DNA of 38,506 nucleotides, from the NCBI GenBank assembly GCA_964401675.1, contig CAYNZD010000002.1:1-38506 (forward strand). Direction: 5' to 3'. This document shows, piece after piece, positions 23,825 to 32,652 of this stretch. The notes under the pieces are model-generated. The model ran no database searches. It was given only the letters and a program-made list of their open reading frames with translations, and had not been told where the DNA came from. The DNA comes from Candidatus Woesearchaeota archaeon (GTDB lineage: Archaea; Nanobdellota; Nanobdellia; Pacearchaeales; GW2011-AR1). A program made the translations under genes and the position numbers. Within the stretch, counting starts at the first letter, position 1. The number at the start of each line of letters is the position of its first letter.

Positions 23825-26197
23825 ATGACAGATAAACCTAAGAAGAAAGGCTACGATCCAATTAAAGTAGAAGCAAAAGTAAAAGAATTTTGGGAAAAGA
23901 AGGAGATATTCAAAACAGAAATTAAAGATAATATTTATTCAATCGACACCCCACCTCCAACAGTTTCTGGAAAAATGCATATCGGTCACGCATTCTCATA
24001 TGCTCAACAAGATTTCATAGCAAGATATCGGAGAATGAAAGAAGGAGTTTTTTATCCATTCGGAACAGATGACAACGGACTTCCAACAGAAAGGTTGGTG
24101 GAAAAGCTAAAAAATATAAAGAGTAAAGAGATGAGTCGAGCAGAGTTCATTAAGCTTTGTTTAAAAACAATAGAAGAGATAAGACCAGATTTCATAAATG
24201 ATTGGAAAAAACTAGGAGTAAGTGCCGATTACGAAAAATGTTATTCGACAATAGATGACAATTCAAGAAAGCTCTCACAAAAAGGATTTTTAGATTTATT
24301 TAATAAAAAACAAATATACAAAGCAGAGTTCCCAACGATTTGGTGTTGCGAATGTCAAACCGCAATCGCACAAGCAGAATTAGAGGATAAAGAATTACCT
24401 AGTAAATTTTCTACATTGAAATTTAAAGTAAAAGAAAATAATAGTGATTTATTGATTGCAACGACAAGACCAGAACTACTTCCAGCATGTGTAGCAGTAT
24501 TCGTACATCCAGACGATAAAAAATTCAAAAAGATAATAGGAAAGACCGCAATCGTTCCATTATTTAATCAAGAAGTTCCAATAATCGCAGATGAATCGGC
24601 TGATCCAGAAAAAGGAACAGGAGTTTTAATGATTTGTTCCTACGGTGACAAATTTGATGTAGACGCAATTATCAGACACAAACTAGAACCAAAAATTGTT
24701 TTCGATAAAGATGGGACAGCGAAATACGAAGAATGCGAAGGATTAAATGTTAAGGCCGCAAGAAAAAAGGTTTTAGAAGATTTAGAGAAAGAAGATTTAA
24801 TCACAGAACAAAAAGATATAACACACGCAGTGAACGTCCACGACAAATGCGGAACCCCGATAGAATTCTTGCCAACACCACAATGGTTCATCAAAATTAT
24901 GGATAAGAAAGACAAGCTAATTAAACAAGGAAACAAAATCAACTGGTTCCCAGAATATATGCACAAGAGATACGATAGCTGGGTAAATGGTCTAGAATGG
25001 GACTGGAACATTTCAAGAAACAGACATTTCGGAATCCCAATTCCAGTTTGGGAATGTGAAGATTGTAAAGAAATTATTCTAGCAGACGAAAGCGAACTCC
25101 CAATAGACCCTCTTCAAACAAAAAAGACCTGTCCAAACTGTAAGAAGAAAGCAAAACCAGAAGAAATGGTTTTAGACACTTGGGCAACATCTTCAATTAG
25201 TCCAGCAATAGCAAATGACTTAACAGGAAACAAAGTAGGCACACCATTCTCCCTAAGACCCCAAGCCCACGATATAATCCGAACCTGGGCATTCTACACA
25301 ATCGTAAGATCATATTTACACGAAAACAAAATCCCATGGAATGATATCATGATATCAGGAAATGTAAGTCTTAAAGGAGAAAAGATGAGTAAGTCAAAGG
25401 GAAATGTAATTGATCCAAAAACAATTTTGGAAGAGTATGGGGCAGATGCTCTACGATTCTGGGCAAGCGGATCAAATCTTGGTAACGATTTAGATTATCA
25501 AGAGCAAGATATAATAACAGGCAAGAAAACCATAAATAAATTATGGAATGCCGCAAGGTTTGTGTTTATGAATCTAGAGGACTATAATGGGGAAACAGAA
25601 CCAAAGCTAGAACTAGAAGACAAACTTTTACTTAACAGATTGCAAATGACAGTAAATTCTTCAACAGCAGCCTTTGATAAATATGAATATTCAAAAGCTA
25701 GACAAGAAATCGAGACATTTTTTTGGAAACATTTCACAGATTATTATATAGAGATTAGCAAAGATAGGATTTATAACGCGGAAGGAGATAAAAAGATTTC
25801 AGCTCAACATACTTTATACAAATCACTTTTAACAATTTTAAAATTAATAGCACCAATAATGCCATTTATTACAGAAGAGATTTATCAAACATATTTCAAG
25901 AAGACAGAAGTGGAAGAATCAATCCATATCTCCAACTGGCCTTCAATAAAATCGGCCTCAGAAAAAGATGCAGCTAAATGGGATTTTCTTATAACAGAAA
26001 TAGCCAAAGTAAGACAGGGAAAAACAAAAGCCAAAGAATCAATGAATGCTACGAATATTTACCACATTAATAGTAAAACCTATAAAGAACTAGGAAGCAT
26101 GAGAGAAAGTTTCGCCGCAGTTACCGGAAGCGAATTAATTCCAGTTGAAAAAAAGGAAAGATTAACTTTTGAAGCAGGAACTTCTGTATACATCTAA
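23825..26197 (+). CDS. valS: Valyl-tRNA synthetase
   Basis: DTPPPTVSGKMHIGHAFSY (HIGH), FGTDDNGLPTE, KMSKSKGN. The N-terminal pattern is typical of archaeal ValRS. 790 aa. Confidence 0.85.
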   Translation: MTDKPKKKGYDPIKVEAKVKEFWEKKEIFKTEIKDNIYSIDTPPPTVSGKMHIGHAFSYAQQDFIARYRRMKEGVFYPFGTDDNGLPTERLVEKLKNIKSKEMSRAEFIKLCLKTIEEIRPDFINDWKKLGVSADYEKCYSTIDDNSRKLSQKGFLDLFNKKQIYKAEFPTIWCCECQTAIAQAELEDKELPSKFSTLKFKVKENNSDLLIATTRPELLPACVAVFVHPDDKKFKKIIGKTAIVPLFNQEVPIIADESADPEKGTGVLMICSYGDKFDVDAIIRHKLEPKIVFDKDGTAKYEECEGLNVKAARKKVLEDLEKEDLITEQKDITHAVNVHDKCGTPIEFLPTPQWFIKIMDKKDKLIKQGNKINWFPEYMHKRYDSWVNGLEWDWNISRNRHFGIPIPVWECEDCKEIILADESELPIDPLQTKKTCPNCKKKAKPEEMVLDTWATSSISPAIANDLTGNKVGTPFSLRPQAHDIIRTWAFYTIVRSYLHENKIPWNDIMISGNVSLKGEKMSKSKGNVIDPKTILEEYGADALRFWASGSNLGNDLDYQEQDIITGKKTINKLWNAARFVFMNLEDYNGETEPKLELEDKLLLNRLQMTVNSSTAAFDKYEYSKARQEIETFFWKHFTDYYIEISKDRIYNAEGDKKISAQHTLYKSLLTILKLIAPIMPFITEEIYQTYFKKTEVEESIHISNWPSIKSASEKDAAKWDFLITEIAKVRQGKTKAKESMNATNIYHINSKTYKELGSMRESFAAVTGSELIPVEKKERLTFEAGTSVYI

Positions 26198-26204
26198 CAC
26201 AAAC

Positions 26205-26212
26205 ATTATAAA
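26205..26212 (+). promoter_or_regulatory. TATA-like box for aRF1
   Basis: ATTATAAA centred ~26 nt upstream of the ATG at 26234. Confidence 0.45.
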
Positions 26213-26233
26213 CAATTTTCCCCACATTATACA

Positions 26234-27328
26234 ATGGATGAAGCACAAAAATATGAACTAGAATCTCTTGTTGAAGAATTGGAAGGTTATCGGGGCAAGC
26301 ACACGGAGTTAATTACCGTTTTAATTCCAGCGGGAGCAACACTAACTCAAACAACGAAGCAACTTGAAGACGAAAAAGGAACGGCGACAAATATTAAGTC
26401 AACAGCAACAAGAAAAAATGTAATTAATGCACTTGAGCGAGCTACACGAAAATTAAAAGAAATTGGCAGAACTCCAAAAAATGGGTTGGCATTATTTTCT
26501 GGAAATGTAACAATGGCAGACGGGAAAGAGAGTTTGGAAGTTTGGGTAATTGAGCCCCCAAAAAAATTAAAAATTAAAATTTATAGATGTGACCAAACAT
26601 TTGTTCTTGAGCCATTAAAAGAAATGCTAGAAACAGATGAAGTTTATGGACTTTTAATTATTGAAAGAAATGAGGCATCTATCGGGCTTCTGGACGGAAA
26701 GCACATTAGAATTTTGCAACATATGACATCCGGCATCCCAGGAAAAACAAGAGCAGGCGGACAGTCTGCACAAAGGTTTGCTCGTATCAGAGAATCTGCA
26801 GCAAAAGAATTTTTTAAGCGAGTGGCTGGAGCGATGAAAACACATTTTTGGGATAACAAAAAATTAAAAGGAATTTTAGTCGGAGGACCCATTCCTACAA
26901 AAGACGAATTTTTAGAGCAAGGTCAATTGGTAACTGCGCTAAAAGAAAAAGTAATCGCAGTGAAAGATATCGGCGGAACAGAAATGCACGGACTTCAAGA
27001 ATTAGTTGAACGTTGTCAAGATGTTTTGGCCGAACAAGAAATTACAAAGCAAAGATTAATCTTAGATTTATTTTTTGAGAAACTAGCAAAAGAACCAAAC
27101 AAGGTTTCATATGGAGAAGCTGAAATTGAGGATAGATTAAATAGAGGAGCAGTAGAAAAATTAATTATTTCAAAATCTCTTCCAAGGGAAAAAGTGAAAA
27201 TGCTAGAGAAATTAGCAAAGGCATCGTCCACAGAAATTCATATTGTAACAAGCGAAACCGCAGAAGGAGTTCAATTTGATAATTTGGGTGGCGTTGGCGG
27301 AATATTAAGATTTGAAATTCACGATTAG
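26234..27328 (+). CDS. prf1: Peptide chain release factor aRF1
   Basis: TATNIKS (NIKS), YRCDQTF (YxCxxxF), GGQSAQRFARIRE (GGQ). 364 aa. Confidence 0.9.
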   Translation: MDEAQKYELESLVEELEGYRGKHTELITVLIPAGATLTQTTKQLEDEKGTATNIKSTATRKNVINALERATRKLKEIGRTPKNGLALFSGNVTMADGKESLEVWVIEPPKKLKIKIYRCDQTFVLEPLKEMLETDEVYGLLIIERNEASIGLLDGKHIRILQHMTSGIPGKTRAGGQSAQRFARIRESAAKEFFKRVAGAMKTHFWDNKKLKGILVGGPIPTKDEFLEQGQLVTALKEKVIAVKDIGGTEMHGLQELVERCQDVLAEQEITKQRLILDLFFEKLAKEPNKVSYGEAEIEDRLNRGAVEKLIISKSLPREKVKMLEKLAKASSTEIHIVTSETAEGVQFDNLGGVGGILRFEIHD

Positions 27329-27364
27329 AAAATTATTTCAAATTAATGTAGAGCTAAAAAAACA

Positions 27365-27372
27365 TTTATATA
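27365..27372 (+). promoter_or_regulatory. TATA box for the serpin gene
   Basis: TTTATATA preceded by a purine-rich, BRE-like AAAAAAAC, centred ~29 nt upstream of the ATG at 27397. Confidence 0.5.
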
Positions 27373-27396
27373 CTAGCTAACTTATTATTAAATGAT

Positions 27397-28695
27397 ATGA
27401 ACAAAAAAATATTAACAATTGGAATAGCCTTTCTAATGGTAGCTATCGTAACTACTACAGCAGCATTGTTCCTTTTTCCTTATCAACCAGACCAACCACC
27501 ACAATCTGATAATAATGACTCAACACAAAGTGGAATTCAGCAAGTTGTTAATGCCAATAACCAATTTGCGTTTGAACTGTATTCAGAATTAGACAAATCT
27601 GAAAAAAGTAATATTTTCTATTCTCCTTATAGTATTTCTGCCGCTTTGGCAATGACTTACGAAGGAGCAAAAGGACAAACTGCAGAAGAAATGAAATCTG
27701 TTTTCCACTTTCCAGAAAATGATGTTTTAAGACCTAACTTTGCCGCAATTTACAATAATATAAATAAAGAACCCAAAGAATACCAATTAAGCACTGGAAA
27801 CGCTTTATGGGCTCAATATGATTATCAGTTTCTTGAAGATTACACAAGTAGAGTAGAAAAATACTATGGTGGAAAAGTAGCAAATTTAGATTTTGTTTCT
27901 AAACCTGAAAAATCAAGGCAGACTATCAATTCATTTATTGAAGAACAAACCAATAATAAAATTAAAGATTTAATTCCGGCAGGAATTCTCAATTCAATGA
28001 CAAAATTGGTTCTTACTAATGCTATCTATTTTAAAGGCGCTTGGGAGTGGGAATTCAGCAAATCAGATACGCATGAACAGGATTTCAAAATAACTCCAAC
28101 CAATATTGTAAAAACTCCTATGATGTTTATGGAACCAGAAAAAGCAAGATTCAATTATGCAGATTTAGAAAAATTGCAGATATTAGAACTTCCTTACAAA
28201 GGAGAAAAAATTTCAATGTTAATCTTATTGCCAAAACAAGGAGAAGATTACGATGTTGAAACTGGAAGAAGAATTGTCTCTGATTATACCCTTAAAGATA
28301 TTGAATTGTCTTCTGAAAAACTTAATGAATATAAAACACAAATGCAAAGAACAAAATTAGATTCAATATCATTTCCTAAATTTGAATTTGATACTAAATA
28401 TTTTATGAAAGATGCATTAAGTGCTATGGGCATGCCTACCGCTTTTGGTGCTGCTGATTTTTCAGGTATGAATGGAATCAGCAGTTTATTTATTTCTGCA
28501 GTTATTCATCAAGCTTATATCAAAGTTGATGAAAAAGGAACAGAGGCCGCTGCCGCAACTGCTGTTATTGAGTCATTAAAATCGGCAATGCCTTCAAATA
28601 TATTCAAAGCAGACCATTCATTCGTTTTTATAATTCAAGAAAAAGAAACGGGAAATATTCTATTTATGGGAAGAGTTACTGACCCGAGTGAATAA
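27397..28695 (+). CDS. Serpin (inhibitory type) with N-terminal signal anchor
   Basis: NIFYSPYSISAALAMTYEGAKGQTAEEM. Hinge/RCL VDEKGTEAAAATAVIESLKSAMP (nt 28537-28600). C-terminal ADHSFVFIIQEKETGNILFMGRVTDP. N-terminal TM segment ILTIGIAFLMVAIVTTTAALFLF. Confidence 0.9.
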   Translation: MNKKILTIGIAFLMVAIVTTTAALFLFPYQPDQPPQSDNNDSTQSGIQQVVNANNQFAFELYSELDKSEKSNIFYSPYSISAALAMTYEGAKGQTAEEMKSVFHFPENDVLRPNFAAIYNNINKEPKEYQLSTGNALWAQYDYQFLEDYTSRVEKYYGGKVANLDFVSKPEKSRQTINSFIEEQTNNKIKDLIPAGILNSMTKLVLTNAIYFKGAWEWEFSKSDTHEQDFKITPTNIVKTPMMFMEPEKARFNYADLEKLQILELPYKGEKISMLILLPKQGEDYDVETGRRIVSDYTLKDIELSSEKLNEYKTQMQRTKLDSISFPKFEFDTKYFMKDALSAMGMPTAFGAADFSGMNGISSLFISAVIHQAYIKVDEKGTEAAAATAVIESLKSAMPSNIFKADHSFVFIIQEKETGNILFMGRVTDPSE

Positions 28696-28701
28696 AATAT
28701 T

Positions 28702-29193
28702 TTAAAAAACTCTCACAACCCAATTCGGAAAAATGCCAGTATCTTCACAATGATAAACTTTGTGAAAAAACTGATTCCAAAATAAATTAATCTCAAAATA
28801 ATCTTTCATCCAATTATTCTTATTTGTCCAAGCTAACTGTGGTGGCTTAAATTTTTCAGGAGAAAATCCAAAACATTCTTCAAAAATTTCAATACCTTCG
28901 TTCAAGTATTCTGAATCACGAACAACTCCAAATTCTTCAAATGTATGATAAACTCCATGTATCGCCAATGTCTTACTTCTTTGTGAAATTTCATTACACC
29001 ATTCTTCATCAATAGAAACATTTTCATATTTTGGAATTACATAATAAACATCAGCCAAATTCATTAATTTCTCTTCACAAAAAATACCAGGAGAAACATC
29101 ATCAAGCTGGCTCGGCAAAATCAACCTGACAAAAAATAAAGTTAAAACCATCGCGAAAAGCACAATCACATAATACCACCAATTTTTCATCAA
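28702..29193 (-). CDS. Membrane-anchored DUF2334-like protein (putative polysaccharide deacetylase-fold)
   Basis: N-terminal TM segment. YVIPKYEN ... LAIHGVYHTFEEF ... GIEIFEECFGFSPEKFKPPQLAWTN resembles the HGxxH...EF / F.pP pattern of DUF2334. Short at 163 aa. Confidence 0.4.
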   Translation of the reverse strand: MMKNWWYYVIVLFAMVLTLFFVRLILPSQLDDVSPGIFCEEKLMNLADVYYVIPKYENVSIDEEWCNEISQRSKTLAIHGVYHTFEEFGVVRDSEYLNEGIEIFEECFGFSPEKFKPPQLAWTNKNNWMKDYFEINLFWNQFFHKVYHCEDTGIFPNWVVRVF

Positions 29194-29211
29194 AATACTA
29201 TGTCAGTAATC

Positions 29212-29219
29212 TTTTAAAA
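29212..29219 (+). promoter_or_regulatory. TATA-like box for the scpB-GT2 operon
   Basis: TTTTAAAA centred ~25 nt upstream of the ATG at 29241. Confidence 0.4.
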
Positions 29220-29240
29220 CTCTACCACCTAACAAGTTGT

Positions 29241-29876
29241 ATGGAAGAGCAACCGTCAAGAGTCTGCCCCAACCAATCTAAGGGCTGTATTGGTGAGGGT
29301 ACTACGAATCCCAAGATTATTACTGAATCCACGGCAAAAGAATTAGATAATGTTTTTGAAGACAAAGAAAAAGATTTAGCAGAAAAAGTTGAAGCTACGC
29401 TTTTTATAGCGGGTCGCTTTTTAACCCTTCAAGAATTAATTATGTTAACAGATGTAAATCCAATCATGCTCAAAGAAATACTTCGCCAGCTCGAAAAAAA
29501 ATACTCCATAGGCGTTCTTCGATTAGTAAATAGAAATAATTCATGGAAGATGGATGTCACAGAAAAATATTATTATTTAATTAACAAGCTCGCAACAGGT
29601 AGCGCCGAATTCACAAAAGCAGAACAAGAAACGCTCGCAATTATCGCTTACAAGCAGCCAGTCAAACAATCTATCATAATCAAAATTCGAGGAAACAAAT
29701 CATACGATCATATTAAAAAATTCCGACAACTTAATCTAGTAATTGCAAAACGAGTCGGCCACACTCTTGACCTTTCACTCTCTGAAGAATTTTATAAATA
29801 TTTCAATGTGACTCAGCCGACAAAAGAAACAAAAGAAACCATAGAGATTAATGAACATACAGAGAGGAACGGATAA
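29241..29876 (+). CDS. scpB: Segregation and condensation protein B (ScpB-like)
   Basis: VEATLFIAGRFLTLQEL and ETLAIIAYKQPVKQSIIIKIRG are ScpB winged-helix hallmarks. It has a ~45-aa N-terminal extension. Confidence 0.75.
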   Translation: MEEQPSRVCPNQSKGCIGEGTTNPKIITESTAKELDNVFEDKEKDLAEKVEATLFIAGRFLTLQELIMLTDVNPIMLKEILRQLEKKYSIGVLRLVNRNNSWKMDVTEKYYYLINKLATGSAEFTKAEQETLAIIAYKQPVKQSIIIKIRGNKSYDHIKKFRQLNLVIAKRVGHTLDLSLSEEFYKYFNVTQPTKETKETIEINEHTERNG

Positions 29877-31108
29877 TGGAATTTCTAACAATCTTATATT
29901 TAACATATACATTCATAGCGTTTTATTTTCTAATGATATATGTTCTCACTTACGCCCAGAACCGAAAACAAATGTATGAAACAATAGAACCAGAAAAAAT
30001 TCTTTCATTGAGCATAGTTATTCCCTGTTTCAACGAGGAAAAAAGCATAGCTAAAAACATCGAGGCATTCTTGGCTTCGGATTACAAAGGACTAAAAAAA
30101 TTAATCATTGTCGACGATTGTAGCACGGACAATTCTTATGAAATAATAAAAAAATATGCGAAAAAATATCCAAGAGTCATAGCTCTTCAAACACCAAAAA
30201 ATACAGGAAGAGCATCAGGTGCAAAAAATTTTGGAATTGAATATGTGAAAACAAAATTAATTGGATTTAGCGATGCAGACTCATTACCAAATAAAAACGC
30301 AATTTCAAAAATGGTTGGTTTTTTTAATGACCCAAAAGTTGGTGGAGTTACATCAAGAGTATTTGTGAATAGTCCAAAAAACTATTTAACAAAATCGCAA
30401 GCGATAGAATATAAGATAATTGCATTCACAAGAAAGTTATTGGGATTTTTAGATTCAATTTATGTAACAAATGGACCATTAAGTATTTACAGAAAAAAAG
30501 CATTTGACCAGACCGGTGGGTTTGATGAAAATAACTTGACTGAAGATATTGAAGTAACATGGCATCTTGTATCGAAAGGCTGGAAAATTCACATGTCAAT
30601 TCCAGCAATTGTTCGTTCTTATGTTCCAACCACAATCAAAACATGGTTCCACCAGAGAATAAGATGGAATGTTGGAGGCATTCAGACAGTCGCAAAATAT
30701 AGAAAAAAGTTTTTTCAATGCGGAATGCTCGGATTATTTATTATGCCATTTTTTATGTTCTCATGGTTTCTAGGAATCACAGGGCTTTTTTTCCTAACCT
30801 ATCGCCTCACTAAATATGTCATGATGAAATTTCTTGTAGCTAAATATTCAGTGGCTTCCCAAGTTGCACTAGTCTCAATGAATGACTTTAATTTAAATCC
30901 AAGTATTTTATTTGTTTTTGGAATTGGACTTTTTGCATTGGGCGCACTTTATACAATTGTAGCCATGCTTCATTCAAAAGAACAAGGAAGATTTATAGGC
31001 CATCCTTTTCGCGACATATTTATATACTCACTTTTCTATTTGCTCATGTACCCACCGCTGTTAATTGTATCATTCTATAAATACATGCGCGGTTACAACA
31101 CTTGGTAA
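29876..31108 (+). CDS. Integral-membrane processive family 2 glycosyltransferase (PgaC/IcaA/NodC/chitin-synthase-like)
   Basis: LSIVIPCFNEE, IIVDDCSTDNS, FSDADS (DxD), TEDIEVTW, QRIRW (QxxRW). One N-terminal and several C-terminal TM helices. TAATG coupling with scpB. Confidence 0.82.
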   Translation: MEFLTILYLTYTFIAFYFLMIYVLTYAQNRKQMYETIEPEKILSLSIVIPCFNEEKSIAKNIEAFLASDYKGLKKLIIVDDCSTDNSYEIIKKYAKKYPRVIALQTPKNTGRASGAKNFGIEYVKTKLIGFSDADSLPNKNAISKMVGFFNDPKVGGVTSRVFVNSPKNYLTKSQAIEYKIIAFTRKLLGFLDSIYVTNGPLSIYRKKAFDQTGGFDENNLTEDIEVTWHLVSKGWKIHMSIPAIVRSYVPTTIKTWFHQRIRWNVGGIQTVAKYRKKFFQCGMLGLFIMPFFMFSWFLGITGLFFLTYRLTKYVMMKFLVAKYSVASQVALVSMNDFNLNPSILFVFGIGLFALGALYTIVAMLHSKEQGRFIGHPFRDIFIYSLFYLLMYPPLLIVSFYKYMRGYNTW

Positions 31109-31109
31109 A

Positions 31110-31760
31110 ATGTTAAAAAGTAAAAAACATGTCTTCTGGGAAGCTTTCATTATTACAATAGTAATTTTTTTAGCAGGCATATTTCTAGGAATGTTAGTTG
31201 AAACAAATAACTCAAACAAAATTAGTAATTTATATTTACAATCAGAAATAAGTTTCGCAGACACAGTCGCAAGTTCGGGATTAATTGAAAATTCTGATTT
31301 TGATTGCAATATAATAAAACAAAACAATATTGATTTCGCAAATAGAATTTATGCAGAGGCTAAACTCCTAGAAGAATATGAGGCGTCGGGCAAATTAACA
31401 GAAGGCATGAAATTACTTCATAAAAAATATGATTTATTAAGAACACTTGTTTGGACGAGCAACCAAAAATCTTTAGAGCGATGCAATAACTACAATTTAA
31501 TAGTCTACCTTTACGAATATGAATCTGAAGATATAGCAAAAAAAGCAACACAAAATGTCTGGTCAAAAATCATACTTGATGTAAAAACTCAAAACGACAA
31601 CATTTTACTTTTGCCGATTGCAGCAGATCAAAATTTGATATCATTGGACTTATTAATCGGCAAGCATAATATAACTCATTTTCCAGCATTAATAATTAAT
31701 AACAATAAAGTATTATATGATATTGAAAATACGGCGACAATAGAAGACCTTCTTAATTAA
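31110..31760 (+). CDS. Hypothetical N-terminally anchored membrane protein
   Basis: The ATG lies 1 nt after the GT2 stop. TM segment FWEAFIITIVIFLAGIFLGMLV followed by a ~180-aa soluble domain with no recognised motif. The ORF track extends to 31065, but that part overlaps the GT2 gene. Confidence 0.55.
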   Translation: MLKSKKHVFWEAFIITIVIFLAGIFLGMLVETNNSNKISNLYLQSEISFADTVASSGLIENSDFDCNIIKQNNIDFANRIYAEAKLLEEYEASGKLTEGMKLLHKKYDLLRTLVWTSNQKSLERCNNYNLIVYLYEYESEDIAKKATQNVWSKIILDVKTQNDNILLLPIAADQNLISLDLLIGKHNITHFPALIINNNKVLYDIENTATIEDLLN

Positions 31761-31813
31761 CATATACATCCAACTACATATTTATTTAAAAATAACTTTT
31801 TCCATATAATTTC

Positions 31814-32629
31814 ATGAGATGCATAATATGTAAAAAGACTTCTGATGAAATACAGCTGTATACGGGAATATTGGAAACAGATATGGTGATGGTTTGTAAT
31901 GTATGTGCGGAAGATGAAGGAATTCCCCTGATAAAAAAACCTTCTGAATCACAACTTGATAAAGCAAATGAAAGATATTCTGTTCGCGAACGAATGGAGC
32001 GGATGTCGGGAATGCACGAAACAACTGAAATAAGTAATGACCAGATTACAACACAAGGCAATCTTGCGAAACTTCGAATTTTACCGAAAAAACAATATCA
32101 TATAGACATTCTCGATAATTATTATTGGACGTTAAATCTCGCGCGAAGAAGGGCAAAATTCAGCATTGGACAATTGGCCGAAAAGATGCAGGTTGAATCA
32201 CAGACAATCCAAGGGATAGAAAAAGGAATAATCCCAGAAAATTTTGAAGAAATTTTTATTAAGCTTGAAGTTTTTCTCGGAATTAAACTTTTGAAAGACC
32301 ACGAAAGAAAACTGAAATTCACGCGAACCAGAGACGAAGAACAAGAAATTCTAAATAGTGTTAAGAAAAAAATGTCCCACGTTTCAATTGAAGAACCAGA
32401 AGATGAAATTATGTCAGAAATTCAATTAGAAAAGAAAAAAGAACAGTTAGACAAATTATCAAAAGGGGAAGTTGATTTTTCAAGAAGAGAAGATTTGTCA
32501 GATGTAACAATCAGTGATTTATCCAGAATGAAAAAAGACAAAGAATCAAGATCGGAAAAAAGAAGAGCTAAAGCAAGGGAAGATGCGATGCTTGGCGATG
32601 ACTTAGATTTAGAGATTGAAGAATTGTGA
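31814..32629 (+). CDS. Zinc-ribbon plus XRE-type HTH protein (aMBF1-like) with long charged C-terminal tail
   Basis: CIICKK-x21-CNVCAE zinc ribbon. HTH FSIGQLAEKMQVESQTIQGIEKG. The C-terminal ~110 aa are K/E/D-rich. Confidence 0.5.
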   Translation: MRCIICKKTSDEIQLYTGILETDMVMVCNVCAEDEGIPLIKKPSESQLDKANERYSVRERMERMSGMHETTEISNDQITTQGNLAKLRILPKKQYHIDILDNYYWTLNLARRRAKFSIGQLAEKMQVESQTIQGIEKGIIPENFEEIFIKLEVFLGIKLLKDHERKLKFTRTRDEEQEILNSVKKKMSHVSIEEPEDEIMSEIQLEKKKEQLDKLSKGEVDFSRREDLSDVTISDLSRMKKDKESRSEKRRAKAREDAMLGDDLDLEIEEL

Positions 32630-32652
32630 ACTGATTTTAAAAAATTAAATTT

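Noticed and set aside
26234-27328. aRF1 looked short (364 aa) with TATNIKS instead of TASNIKS, which might hint at altered stop-codon recognition.
   Set aside because: The NIKS, YxCxxxF and GGQ motifs are intact. Archaeal aRF1 proteins of ~370 aa exist. The genes in this window whose stop codons I read use TAA (and TAG for aRF1 itself) normally, and I saw no in-frame stops in conserved genes.
31065-31109. Upstream ATG of the ORF 31065-31760, overlapping the GT2 3' end by 44 nt.
   Set aside because: The hydrophobic anchor begins just after the ATG at 31110, which is 1 nt past the GT2 stop. The upstream residues (MYHSINTCAVTTLGK) look like out-of-frame read-through of the GT2 coding sequence.
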